Shown here: in pieces, positions 1 to 8,397 of the stretch
Layout of the letters: each line of letters opens with the position of its first letter
Numbering within the stretch: the first letter of the stretch is position 1
Origin: a virus
Direction: 5' to 3' (one strand)
Length of the DNA stretch: 23,766 nucleotides
Virus record (IMG/VR): IMGVR_UViG_3300026211_000001
Notes under the pieces: generated by a model
Told to the model about the DNA's origin: nothing
Database searches by the model: none
Seen by the model: only the letters and a program-made list of their open reading frames with translations
Made by a program: the position numbers and the translations under genes

Positions 1-1072
1 CAAAAATTGGCTCATATTTATATCCAGCTCCCATAACTGAAGATAAAGTTAATTGGAGAGTTTCTTCTTGTTTAAATCCTAATTCTTTAGAAATTTTAAC
101 AGTTGCATCTTCTATAAATTTATACTTAGGTGTATTTGCGATATTATATAACATATAACCACCTTTTTTTAATCCATAATAACAATTCTCTATAGTCTTT
201 CTTAAAAATCCATTCTCCCACTTATCTTCTGATGGATACTTAATATAACTTTGTGTGAGCTCATCGGAATACTTTTCCGTATCGAAATAAGGTGGTGAAG
301 TAAAACATAAATCGAGTGATTCTTTTTCAGAAACAAAATCTTCACTTCCTTTCATATAAATATCAACTTTCTTATTTAGATATGTAAAATCTTTTTTCAT
401 TTCTAATAACCCATTATATGTCCTCGTGGCAGGTTCAGTTCCAATATAATGTTTAGTATTTGATGATGCTAAAAACCCCAATAACCGTCCGCCCCAACCA
501 CTTGACATATCTCTTATAACTCCACCACCACCATACTTCTCATATATTAGTTTGGCTGCTGTTGGTCTAAAATTAGATACTGATTGAGTGCCTGTATATA
601 TTTTAAGTGATTGTCGTAACCTATTTTCACGAAATATATTTCTTTCCACTTCTTCCTCTTCATCATTACCATGTTTCATTTGCCACTTCCAGGCCTTCCT
701 AATTGTAGATTTAAATTTATCATCATCATTAAAAGTTTCCATTGGTGATTTCATTGCGTCACCACATCTAATTTCCCAAAAAAATGGAAAATATGACCAA
801 GCTAATCTTAAACAGTGCATAGTCTGAATAATTTGATTATCTATAAAAATAGTATTAACATCAAACTTCCTAAGTTTCTTCATGTGTTGATGCTTTTCTT
901 GTTCTGTTATACTGTAATGTGGGAATCCATGCCTTCGATAATAATCAAAGATTACTTCAACACCATAATCTATATTTATAGTATTTATATTATTTGTAAC
1001 CTTATAAAATTCTAAATCTTCTTTATCATACTCTGTAAATTTAGATAGAACTTCATAATCAACTTGTTTCAT
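1..1072 (-). CDS. DNA amino-methyltransferase (N4-C/N6-A type), C-terminus runs off the window start; not in the ORF track
   Basis: Hand translation from ATG at 1072 (ATGA overlap with the stop of 1069..1569): MKQVDYEVLSKF...SNFRPTAAKLIYEKY...DMSSGWGGRLLGFLAS (SAM-binding motif I)...LCFTSPPYFDTEKYS (catalytic SPPY)...GYKYEPIF. No stop seen before base 1. Confidence 0.85.
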   Translation of the reverse strand, partial: MKQVDYEVLSKFTEYDKEDLEFYKVTNNINTINIDYGVEVIFDYYRRHGFPHYSITEQEKHQHMKKLRKFDVNTIFIDNQIIQTMHCLRLAWSYFPFFWEIRCGDAMKSPMETFNDDDKFKSTIRKAWKWQMKHGNDEEEEVERNIFRENRLRQSLKIYTGTQSVSNFRPTAAKLIYEKYGGGGVIRDMSSGWGGRLLGFLASSNTKHYIGTEPATRTYNGLLEMKKDFTYLNKKVDIYMKGSEDFVSEKESLDLCFTSPPYFDTEKYSDELTQSYIKYPSEDKWENGFLRKTIENCYYGLKKGGYMLYNIANTPKYKFIEDATVKISKELGFKQEETLQLTLSSVMGAGYKYEPIF

Positions 1073-1569
1073 CTCAAATGTAAAGTTTCAATTTGTCTTG
1101 GATCAGTTCCATAACTTTCAAGAAGAGAATATAACTCAGCCTTTCCCTGTTCGGTCATATAATATCTATCAACATATTCTTCTGATTCTAAATTACTGAC
1201 GCTAAAATGTTTTGAAACTAATTCAAGCAACCACTGTGGATATTCCATCTCTTTTCTCCCTTTAACATAACGAAGCCACTGCTTCCCTTTTGGTAAAATA
1301 TCAATATACAATCTATATAAATCTTTTGGTGATATTGGATATTTCTGAATTTCATTTACAAAATCTACCCATTCCACCTTCATAGATAAGAAACGATTTA
1401 TCATATAATTTGACCAAGTTTTCTTATCTCCTTCTGTTAGAAATTCCCAATAATTTTTATTCTGAATCTCCGTCAGATTTTTTAGGTGATGAAACAGATT
1501 CTTGCTTTTTATCTTCTTTTTTTGGTTTATCTTCCTTCGGTTCTGGTTTTTTCTTGTAATCGGTTTCAT
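1069..1569 (-). CDS. gp62: Clamp loader small subunit, T4 gp62-like
   Basis: YMINRFLS...FVNEIQ...YIDILPKGKQWLRYVK...LELVSKHF resembles the gp62 pattern. Same operon as gp44- and gp45-like genes. Start codon uncertain because of a 113-nt overlap with the upstream ORF. Confidence 0.75.
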   Translation of the reverse strand: MKPITRKNQNRRKINQKKKIKSKNLFHHLKNLTEIQNKNYWEFLTEGDKKTWSNYMINRFLSMKVEWVDFVNEIQKYPISPKDLYRLYIDILPKGKQWLRYVKGRKEMEYPQWLLELVSKHFSVSNLESEEYVDRYYMTEQGKAELYSLLESYGTDPRQIETLHLR

Positions 1570-1765
1570 AAAATCCTGTTCCTTTAAATATAACTGCGGG
1601 TTTTGAAATTTTCCTTCTCATTTCAGTTACCACTCTTTCAATACTATAAAATGGTAAACTTTTTAACTCTACACAATCAGGGCAGTCTGGAGCCTTATCA
1701 TCTACTTTCTGTAAAACTTCTTCTTCGTGTCCACAATTAGGACAAACATACTCATAAATCGGCAT
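1457..1765 (-). CDS. FmdB-family zinc-ribbon protein
   Basis: MPIYEYVCPNCG...CPDC...FKGTGFYETDY is the typical FmdB-family pattern, followed by a Lys/Glu-rich tail. Confidence 0.85.
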   Translation of the reverse strand: MPIYEYVCPNCGHEEEVLQKVDDKAPDCPDCVELKSLPFYSIERVVTEMRRKISKPAVIFKGTGFYETDYKKKPEPKEDKPKKEDKKQESVSSPKKSDGDSE

Positions 1766-2000
1766 CCTCAGTCTCCACTAGATTTTTATATATCTCCATA
1801 ATTTCTCCACAACTACCACAAGAATAAACTTGAACTGGAACTACAGCTTCTTGTCCTGTCGGTGACATTATTGGCGATATTCTCTTAATAATATATGTAA
1901 GAAGAAATACATTGTTATTGCACTTTTTACATTCCAAAGTCTCTGCCTTAGATATATCTACATTAACTTCAGAGTTTGATGATTGTGTTAATTTCTGCAT
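1752..2000 (-). CDS. Small zinc-ribbon protein, unknown function
   Basis: Two CxxC pairs (CKKC, CGSC); GAGG upstream of the ATG; tight packing with neighbours. Confidence 0.7.
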   Translation of the reverse strand: MQKLTQSSNSEVNVDISKAETLECKKCNNNVFLLTYIIKRISPIMSPTGQEAVVPVQVYSCGSCGEIMEIYKNLVETEDADL

Positions 2001-2024
2001 TATTTTATTACCTCATCTCTTAAA

Positions 2025-2291
2025 TTATTTAATCATATCAGCAATGGTATCCGCAACCAAATCTGACTTCTCATCATCTATTGCATGTAAATCAGCTAAA
2101 TAATGCCCGAATAAATGTCGGGCTTGATAAACATCATCACAGTCTAGATCATTTATTCTAACTTCACCTGGTGGATCTGTTACATCACAAGGGTCTGTTG
2201 GTAATGCTTCTCGTATTGTTTTAGGTTTCGGTATACTATATACTTCAAATAACCGTTCAAATTCATTTTTTACTGTTTGATAATTACTCAT
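2025..2291 (-). CDS. Hypothetical protein (88 aa)
   Basis: Fills the gap between clpP and the zinc ribbon on the coding strand; GAGGA upstream of the ATG; no family recognised. Confidence 0.6.
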   Translation of the reverse strand: MSNYQTVKNEFERLFEVYSIPKPKTIREALPTDPCDVTDPPGEVRINDLDCDDVYQARHLFGHYLADLHAIDDEKSDLVADTIADMIK

Positions 2292-2300
2292 TGCATTCCT

Positions 2301-2897
2301 CTATATAATTTCATCTACTAATCCATATTCAAGACACTTTTTGGCATCCCAAAGTAAATCATGTTTCAATATTTCATCTAATTCTTCTGTTGGAACTTTA
2401 GTATGTTCTGTATATACAGTTCTAATAGTTTCCATCATCAAATCTAAATTCTTTTTCTCATCCTCTATTTCAGAATACTTTCCCCACAATTGTGAAGATA
2501 ATTGATGAATTAACATATATGAATTTTTACTCATAAATCTTTTCTTGCCTACTACTGAAAGAAATGTAGCTGCACTTGCACAAAATCCATCTACAAAAGT
2601 GTATACAGGAACATTACATCTTGAAATTGTATCCATAGATGCAATACCAGCAGTGATTGAACCTCCACCTGAATTTATAAATAATCTAATTGGTGGTGGA
2701 TCAATTTCTAATACATTAGATACTGTAAGATGTTTTGCTTCTAATTCACTAAGTTTGTGATTTAATTCAACTACCGTTTCTCTATTCACTCCAGAATAAT
2801 AATATATTTTATTTTCATAAACTGAAATATGTTTTTCTTCACCTGGTTTTACATTTTTCTTTGGTGCCGGATTTTTTTCTCCCCAATATTCTTTCAT
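2301..2897 (-). CDS. clpP: ClpP-like serine protease (peptidase S14)
   Basis: FINSGGGSITAG (ClpP YINSPGGS pattern), GFCASAA (catalytic Ser), MLIHQ (catalytic His), KHDLLW...EYGLVDEI (Asp region and C-terminal motif). Confidence 0.9.
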   Translation of the reverse strand: MKEYWGEKNPAPKKNVKPGEEKHISVYENKIYYYSGVNRETVVELNHKLSELEAKHLTVSNVLEIDPPPIRLFINSGGGSITAGIASMDTISRCNVPVYTFVDGFCASAATFLSVVGKKRFMSKNSYMLIHQLSSQLWGKYSEIEDEKKNLDLMMETIRTVYTEHTKVPTEELDEILKHDLLWDAKKCLEYGLVDEII

Positions 2898-3820
2898 TTT
2901 ATTGCTCCTAATAGTTCTATAATCATAGCCATAGCATTAATCTCTTTATCCACAACTTGTGCATCTGATAATTCATACCTGGCAATTATTAAAATACATT
3001 CTGCTACATGACCCTTACCATATTCATCTACCTTATCATATAACAACCTAAATAAATCTGCAAAATCTTTAACTTGATTGTCTGCTAACAATTGTCTTGT
3101 ATTTCTAAAAGCGTTCTTCTTATCTTGTGTCTTTAATATTTCAAGTACTTTTAATTTATAATCCCTCTCTAACAAACTCTCTTTATCTATCTTAACAACT
3201 CCATCTACTACCTGTCGTTGAGCAGAATTAATTACTCTACGAATATCTGGATAACCTGAATCAATCACCAATTTCAAATCCTCAAGTTCATATCCTACAC
3301 TTTCTTCTCCCAGAATTTCTACCAATCTTTTCGCAACATCTGGTTTAGATGGTGGTGTTGTCTGAAACAACTGACACCTACTCTGAATGGGATCAATAAT
3401 TCTCTCAACAAAATTACAAGTTAAAATGAACCTACAGTGTCTACTAAATGTTTCCATTAAGTTCCTTAGTGCAGCTTGTGCATTAGGAGTTATATAATCA
3501 CACTCATCAAGAATTACAATCTTCAATTCTTTAAACCCAAGTGTTGACGCAAACATCTTTACTTTATTTCTGATTGTATCTACATTATTTTCATCACTCG
3601 CATTAATATAAATAGAATCACATTCAATATGATTAACAAGTATTTTAGCAATAGTGGTTTTGCCTGTACCTGGTTTTCCATAAAACAAAAGATGTGGTAA
3701 GTCACCATTCTTAAGATACAAAGACACCTTACTCTTAAGATGCTCGTTCCCAATATAAGTATCTAAAGTGGAAGGTCGATACTTTTCAACCCACAAATAA
3801 TGGGATAATTTATCAGTCAT
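2894..3820 (-). CDS. gp44: Clamp loader large AAA+ subunit, T4 gp44/RFC-like
   Basis: LWVEKYRP, Walker A GKPGTGKTT, INASD, Walker B ILDECD, SRC motif. Start moved from 3853 to ATG 3820, which has AGAGGA upstream and overlaps the stop of the upstream gene. Confidence 0.95.
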   Translation of the reverse strand: MTDKLSHYLWVEKYRPSTLDTYIGNEHLKSKVSLYLKNGDLPHLLFYGKPGTGKTTIAKILVNHIECDSIYINASDENNVDTIRNKVKMFASTLGFKELKIVILDECDYITPNAQAALRNLMETFSRHCRFILTCNFVERIIDPIQSRCQLFQTTPPSKPDVAKRLVEILGEESVGYELEDLKLVIDSGYPDIRRVINSAQRQVVDGVVKIDKESLLERDYKLKVLEILKTQDKKNAFRNTRQLLADNQVKDFADLFRLLYDKVDEYGKGHVAECILIIARYELSDAQVVDKEINAMAMIIELLGAIK

Positions 3821-5024
3821 TCCTCTTTCTCCAAATCCACGTTGGTTCTCCAAATAACCCCGCTCTATCAGGCAATATATATTCGGGTTTTCTATTGGCT
3901 ACTTCTGTTACTTTTGCAGTCCCAACTCCAATACAATTGGGTCTTTTTGCCATCTCATAACCTATACAATCGTCATATTGACTGTCAGGAAATGTATCTA
4001 AAAAATCATTCATTGGATCACAAATAGACAACCATCCTTTTTTTCTACCTTTACTGGCTGCATTTACATCACTGATATTGACTAATAAATATCCACCTGG
4101 CTTCAAAGTTTTCCAAATATTTTTTAATGCTTTATGTAAAAACAATTCATTCCAACTTTCTATATCTTTATACCTAACCCAACTCTGAGTTTTATCATAA
4201 CTGTATCTCTCAACATTAAAATATGGTGGACTTGTGAATACTAAATCAAAGAAACTTTCATATTTACTCAAATCTACATCCTCTGCTGGTTCACACATAA
4301 AATCTGACTTTTTAGGTTCTTCAAAAAATCCTAAATGTTTATTGTAAAACTCGGCCTGTTCTTCGTATATAGGATGGTTCTCTTCTCTCGGGTCAATACC
4401 AAGATAATACTTCCCAGTATTAGATGCGTAAAATCCAGCCAACCTATCTCCCCAACCCATACTAAAATCAAGAATATTTCTTGCTTCATAAAAATCATAA
4501 ATTGCCTTGGCAACATTTGGTTTGAATTGAGAACAGATATACTTACGAAGTGCAATACAAGACCTTAAAGTTCCTCTACTTACTTTTTCTACTTCCAATG
4601 TAAAAAGTGATCCTAACAATGTGTACATAAACTTCGGATTGTTCCAAGTTCTAAGAGGTCCTGGTGAAATTGTACCATCAACAGACCATCTATTTTCTTG
4701 TTGAAAATAATTACTCGCACTATTTCCAGTGTTGATTCGCCTAACTATCTTATTACCAAGAGGCCATTTATAATCAGACCTAGCAAACCACTCACTTTCA
4801 ATTGTAACATCATACCAATGAGTTGCTTTCAATTTCATGAAATCATTGTAAGCCTGTTTTTTAGATATTACTTGATACGGTGGTTCATAGTCAGCCAAAA
4901 TTTCTACAAGTGAATCTTGTATGTCGTGTCTCTCGAAATTCTTTTTTATATAATTCCACTCTTCTTCATCAATATAAATGTAAGGCTCCATATTTCTAAA
5001 TTTATCGAAATATGTTAAATACAT
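3813..5024 (-). CDS. DNA amino-methyltransferase (N4-C/N6-A type)
   Basis: SQFKPNVAKAIY, DFSMGWGDRLAG (motif I variant), FTSPPYF (motif IV); motif I precedes motif IV. TAATG overlap with the clamp gene. Confidence 0.85.
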   Translation of the reverse strand: MYLTYFDKFRNMEPYIYIDEEEWNYIKKNFERHDIQDSLVEILADYEPPYQVISKKQAYNDFMKLKATHWYDVTIESEWFARSDYKWPLGNKIVRRINTGNSASNYFQQENRWSVDGTISPGPLRTWNNPKFMYTLLGSLFTLEVEKVSRGTLRSCIALRKYICSQFKPNVAKAIYDFYEARNILDFSMGWGDRLAGFYASNTGKYYLGIDPREENHPIYEEQAEFYNKHLGFFEEPKKSDFMCEPAEDVDLSKYESFFDLVFTSPPYFNVERYSYDKTQSWVRYKDIESWNELFLHKALKNIWKTLKPGGYLLVNISDVNAASKGRKKGWLSICDPMNDFLDTFPDSQYDDCIGYEMAKRPNCIGVGTAKVTEVANRKPEYILPDRAGLFGEPTWIWRKRND

Positions 5025-5749
5025 TAAACTGGATCCTGAATCGCCACCAAATAATAAGTTACATCATAATCATCGACTTTGAAATTTATTCGAGATAGTC
5101 CCTGGTCACTAACTTCAAAAGTTGCACTCTCACATTCCTTATTAGCTGAAAGAACTTCTCTAAAAAGGTCTGCATTAAAAAATATCGTATCTATTACATC
5201 ATAAGTCTCTGTTGAAACCGGTAGTGTAACATGATTTGTATTAATTTCGGCATATCCAATCACAAGTTTTACACCAACATCATCTGTAAGAACAGCAAAA
5301 TAATCTGTGTCTGGTAATGCATTCTTTCCTGCAATAAACTTGTTTATAAAAGTTGAATCCACTTTAATTTGAACTTGAAACTCAGGCAATTTTTTAAGAT
5401 CGGGTGGTCTGTTTATAACAGACAAATCAGATAACATAAAATTAACTGAAGCATTGTCATCAGACACCTTTAAAGATACTACCTTATCTCCAGATTCTTT
5501 ATGTTCTAATGTAATATTATCTGAGAGAACTCCCAGTAACCTAACCAATTGATCTGTATTGTATACTCCAAATTCGCTGTTACCAAAATTCCAATTTTCC
5601 AAAGTTAATTCGCCGAGTAAAGATTTATCTCCTGTTATAAATCTGGTCGACAATGTATTATCACTAATTTCCAATACAACTGAATTTACATTTCCACTCA
5701 AATGATATTTGTCAATGAATCTTGTAAATGTATTTTTATCCATAACCAT
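5024..5749 (-). CDS. gp45: Sliding clamp, T4 gp45-like
   Basis: 241 aa; FGVYNTDQLVRLL, VNFMLSD and C-terminal VTYYLVA resemble gp45/PCNA-fold clamps; lies between polymerase and clamp loader; AAGGAG upstream. Confidence 0.85.
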   Translation of the reverse strand: MVMDKNTFTRFIDKYHLSGNVNSVVLEISDNTLSTRFITGDKSLLGELTLENWNFGNSEFGVYNTDQLVRLLGVLSDNITLEHKESGDKVVSLKVSDDNASVNFMLSDLSVINRPPDLKKLPEFQVQIKVDSTFINKFIAGKNALPDTDYFAVLTDDVGVKLVIGYAEINTNHVTLPVSTETYDVIDTIFFNADLFREVLSANKECESATFEVSDQGLSRINFKVDDYDVTYYLVAIQDPV

Positions 5750-5758
5750 TCTCCTTAA

Positions 5759-5800
5759 TTATAACCATATATACATATATATTGGTTGGGGTTTCTAAAA
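5759..5800 (-). promoter_or_regulatory. Putative promoter of the clamp / clamp-loader operon
   Basis: Minus strand reads TTTTAGAA...CAATATATAT...GGTTATAATTAAGGAG. The ATATATAT core (5775-5782) recurs in three other spacers. Confidence 0.4.
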
Positions 5801-8314
5801 TCAAAAAAATCTTTCTATTGTTTGCTGTTTATCTACTGGGTCGCCCCATTTCAAACTTTTATAGAACATATCAATTTTTTTCTTTAACGATTGTTTATAA
5901 ATTTTATTATAATCTATATTTTCTTTGATGAACTTTATAATTTCTGGTGGATCTTCATGCCCCCTATAAGCAACCACTTCAATTCCAAGTTCATTATTCT
6001 TCATATATGACCACCGAATTTTATCTCCGTTATTTATGAACATATATTTATCATCTCTTTTGTAATGTTTTAACAAATCATTATATCTGACTGCTGCTTT
6101 GACGTGAACTGGAGCTCCTTTCTTAAAGGTTGTGAGAATAGATCCGTTTTCTTCTCCTTTTCTAGCATACTTCCTAAGTCCTTTTACACCAGTTGGAGTT
6201 GCTATCTTATCTATATTCATTAATTTCATACTTTTCTTAAAATTAATAATTCTATCATCTATTTTATCTTTCGGTACATCTGCCAAAATATCTTCTAAAA
6301 CATCAGATAATAATTTTCTAAGAGCGGGTGGAAAATTACTCCTAACTGTATCCAATCCCTTTACAAGAATTTTATTTACTTTAACTCCATTATCATTTAT
6401 TATTCTCATCCCATATCGTTTCTTAGTAACAAACAATCCACTCTTAGCTATGACCTCTTGTTTAATTTGAAATCTGTGTGTGTCCAAATTACAAAAGTTT
6501 TTGGCGAAATGATTGTAAGAATCATTTATAAACTCCTGAACATTTTCTGCAACATCTAAAATTTTCTCTGAAATCATAACATCACTTTTAATACCGACAG
6601 TTGGATATTTTTTTTCTATTAATGGTAATGCTGGAGCAAAAATACTATCAGTATCTATATAAATTACATAGTCCTTAGATGTTCCAAGTTCTTTATTGTA
6701 ATAGAAATTCACAATTTCCTTACTGTATTTAATAAGAGATTGGCCGGTTTCAGTTGTAGCAGCTGCATTATCTAAATCGTAAAACCTAAAAACGGGCAAT
6801 CCCAATACTCCATACATAGAATTTAATAAAATCTTTTGTAAGTGTTGTCTCCGATTAAAATATAAATACTTTTCATTATCTTCTTTTTCTGCAAATTTTT
6901 TCATTAATTTTCGATATTCCACTCTCTGATCAAACCAAGTTTCTAATAATGCTGGTATCAATCCTCTCTTGTCTGTTCTGTAAAGAATTCCATTCGTAGA
7001 AATTGAAATCTTATTGTCATCTAAATATTTTTTTAATTTAGATTCACTTGTACTTCCTTTTAATTTACCATCTTTAGTATGTGCTGTATATGTTTTTTTC
7101 TCACCCCTAATAAATTGTTTAGCATTCCACCCTTTCACTTTACCAATTTTAGTTTCTGGAGATATATTCAAACTCATAATTGTAGATGGATACATTGAAG
7201 TAACATCTAAATCATAAATCCAATCGTGTTTTCCTTTCTGTGGCTCTTGTACATAAGCACCAACAAACTTAACCCCTGTATCCATTTTTTCTCTGCCCTT
7301 TGGATCTTTATTTGGTGCTACGATATCCAATCTTTTAAGATAAGTTAAAATCGCCCCTTCCAAATATCGACTACTATGATAAATGTCTTCATACGGACAG
7401 TGCCCCATATGACATATACCTCTACAAATTTCTATAAAATCTAACTTATCATCTAACTTCTTAATAATTTCAACATCATTAATATTATATTCAACAAACT
7501 TCTTTAAATCATTTTCATATAAATCATTTAATGTTCCAGAATATGGAATTTTCTTTACACCAACTTCGTTCTCACCTATATCATCTAATCTATAGGAAGG
7601 TTTTCCTCCAAATGTAAACTTCTTATAAAGACTTAAATAATCAAGACACGATACTCCTGCTATCAAATATCTATTTTTATACTTACTCCAATGTACCTCT
7701 CTTATAGGAGATAATAAATTTGCAAATTCATTTCCAAGAACTTGAATTGCTCTATTATAAAGATATGGAATATCAAAAAAATCTATATTCCATCCAGAAA
7801 GAATTGTAGGAGATACTTCAAGGTATTTTCTAAAAAACCCAGATAATAATTCTTCTTCAGTTTTAAATGTTTCTATAATTCTATTTTCTTGAACATCTAT
7901 ATTTAATTTATTGTCTGGATCTAATACAAAACAACTATATTCATCCATAATTTTATCATAAAATGCTATTGAAGTAATCTTGTTTTCCGCCTTACTAACA
8001 TTTGGAAACCCCTCTGTAACTTCAACTTCTATATCTATAAAAGCAACTCTATGTCCTTCTGAAACTTCATCCGAATCTGTATATATATCTACTAACGCCC
8101 TTATCTCTGCATTAACATCACTCTCGTGAAGTCCTGGCTGGTCATTATCCCACTTATAAACTTTATTTAATCTATCACCATATAATGAAACATATCTTCC
8201 ATTTGAATTTTTCACATAAGCATACCTCTTGTGTGGCAAAACAAGATAGCCTTTTTTATCATCCCAAATATGTATTTTTTTTCTGAAATTATCGAAATAA
8301 ATATTCTGATACAT
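5801..8314 (-). CDS. gp43: Family B DNA polymerase with 3'-5' exonuclease, T4 gp43-like
   Basis: ExoI FIDIEVE, ExoII WNIDFFDIPY, ExoIII YNINDV; polymerase motifs DVTSMYPS, KILLNSMYG, YIDTDS all intact. Confidence 0.97.
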   Translation of the reverse strand: MYQNIYFDNFRKKIHIWDDKKGYLVLPHKRYAYVKNSNGRYVSLYGDRLNKVYKWDNDQPGLHESDVNAEIRALVDIYTDSDEVSEGHRVAFIDIEVEVTEGFPNVSKAENKITSIAFYDKIMDEYSCFVLDPDNKLNIDVQENRIIETFKTEEELLSGFFRKYLEVSPTILSGWNIDFFDIPYLYNRAIQVLGNEFANLLSPIREVHWSKYKNRYLIAGVSCLDYLSLYKKFTFGGKPSYRLDDIGENEVGVKKIPYSGTLNDLYENDLKKFVEYNINDVEIIKKLDDKLDFIEICRGICHMGHCPYEDIYHSSRYLEGAILTYLKRLDIVAPNKDPKGREKMDTGVKFVGAYVQEPQKGKHDWIYDLDVTSMYPSTIMSLNISPETKIGKVKGWNAKQFIRGEKKTYTAHTKDGKLKGSTSESKLKKYLDDNKISISTNGILYRTDKRGLIPALLETWFDQRVEYRKLMKKFAEKEDNEKYLYFNRRQHLQKILLNSMYGVLGLPVFRFYDLDNAAATTETGQSLIKYSKEIVNFYYNKELGTSKDYVIYIDTDSIFAPALPLIEKKYPTVGIKSDVMISEKILDVAENVQEFINDSYNHFAKNFCNLDTHRFQIKQEVIAKSGLFVTKKRYGMRIINDNGVKVNKILVKGLDTVRSNFPPALRKLLSDVLEDILADVPKDKIDDRIINFKKSMKLMNIDKIATPTGVKGLRKYARKGEENGSILTTFKKGAPVHVKAAVRYNDLLKHYKRDDKYMFINNGDKIRWSYMKNNELGIEVVAYRGHEDPPEIIKFIKENIDYNKIYKQSLKKKIDMFYKSLKWGDPVDKQQTIERFF

Positions 8315-8334
8315 CTATAACCTAAATATAGATT

Positions 8335-8384
8335 AAAAAATGAAACACAGGGGAAATATTTCTACTTCCCCTGTTACATTTCAT
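8335..8384 (-). terminator. Intrinsic terminator downstream of the TonB receptor
   Basis: Perfect 9-bp stem ACAGGGGAA (8347-8355) / TTCCCCTGT (8366-8374), followed on the minus strand by GTTTCATTTTTT. Confidence 0.8.
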
Positions 8385-8397
8385 TTCTTTTTGCTTG

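Noticed and set aside
1-990. T4 late promoter TATAAATA matches on the minus strand (plus-strand TATTTATA at 15-22, 973-980, 982-989)
   Set aside because: All fall inside the methyltransferase coding region of very AT-rich DNA and none sits in a spacer.
2090-2125. HLFGHYLADLH as a zinc-metallopeptidase motif in the 88-aa ORF
   Set aside because: It lacks the Glu of HExxH and the protein is too short to support the call.
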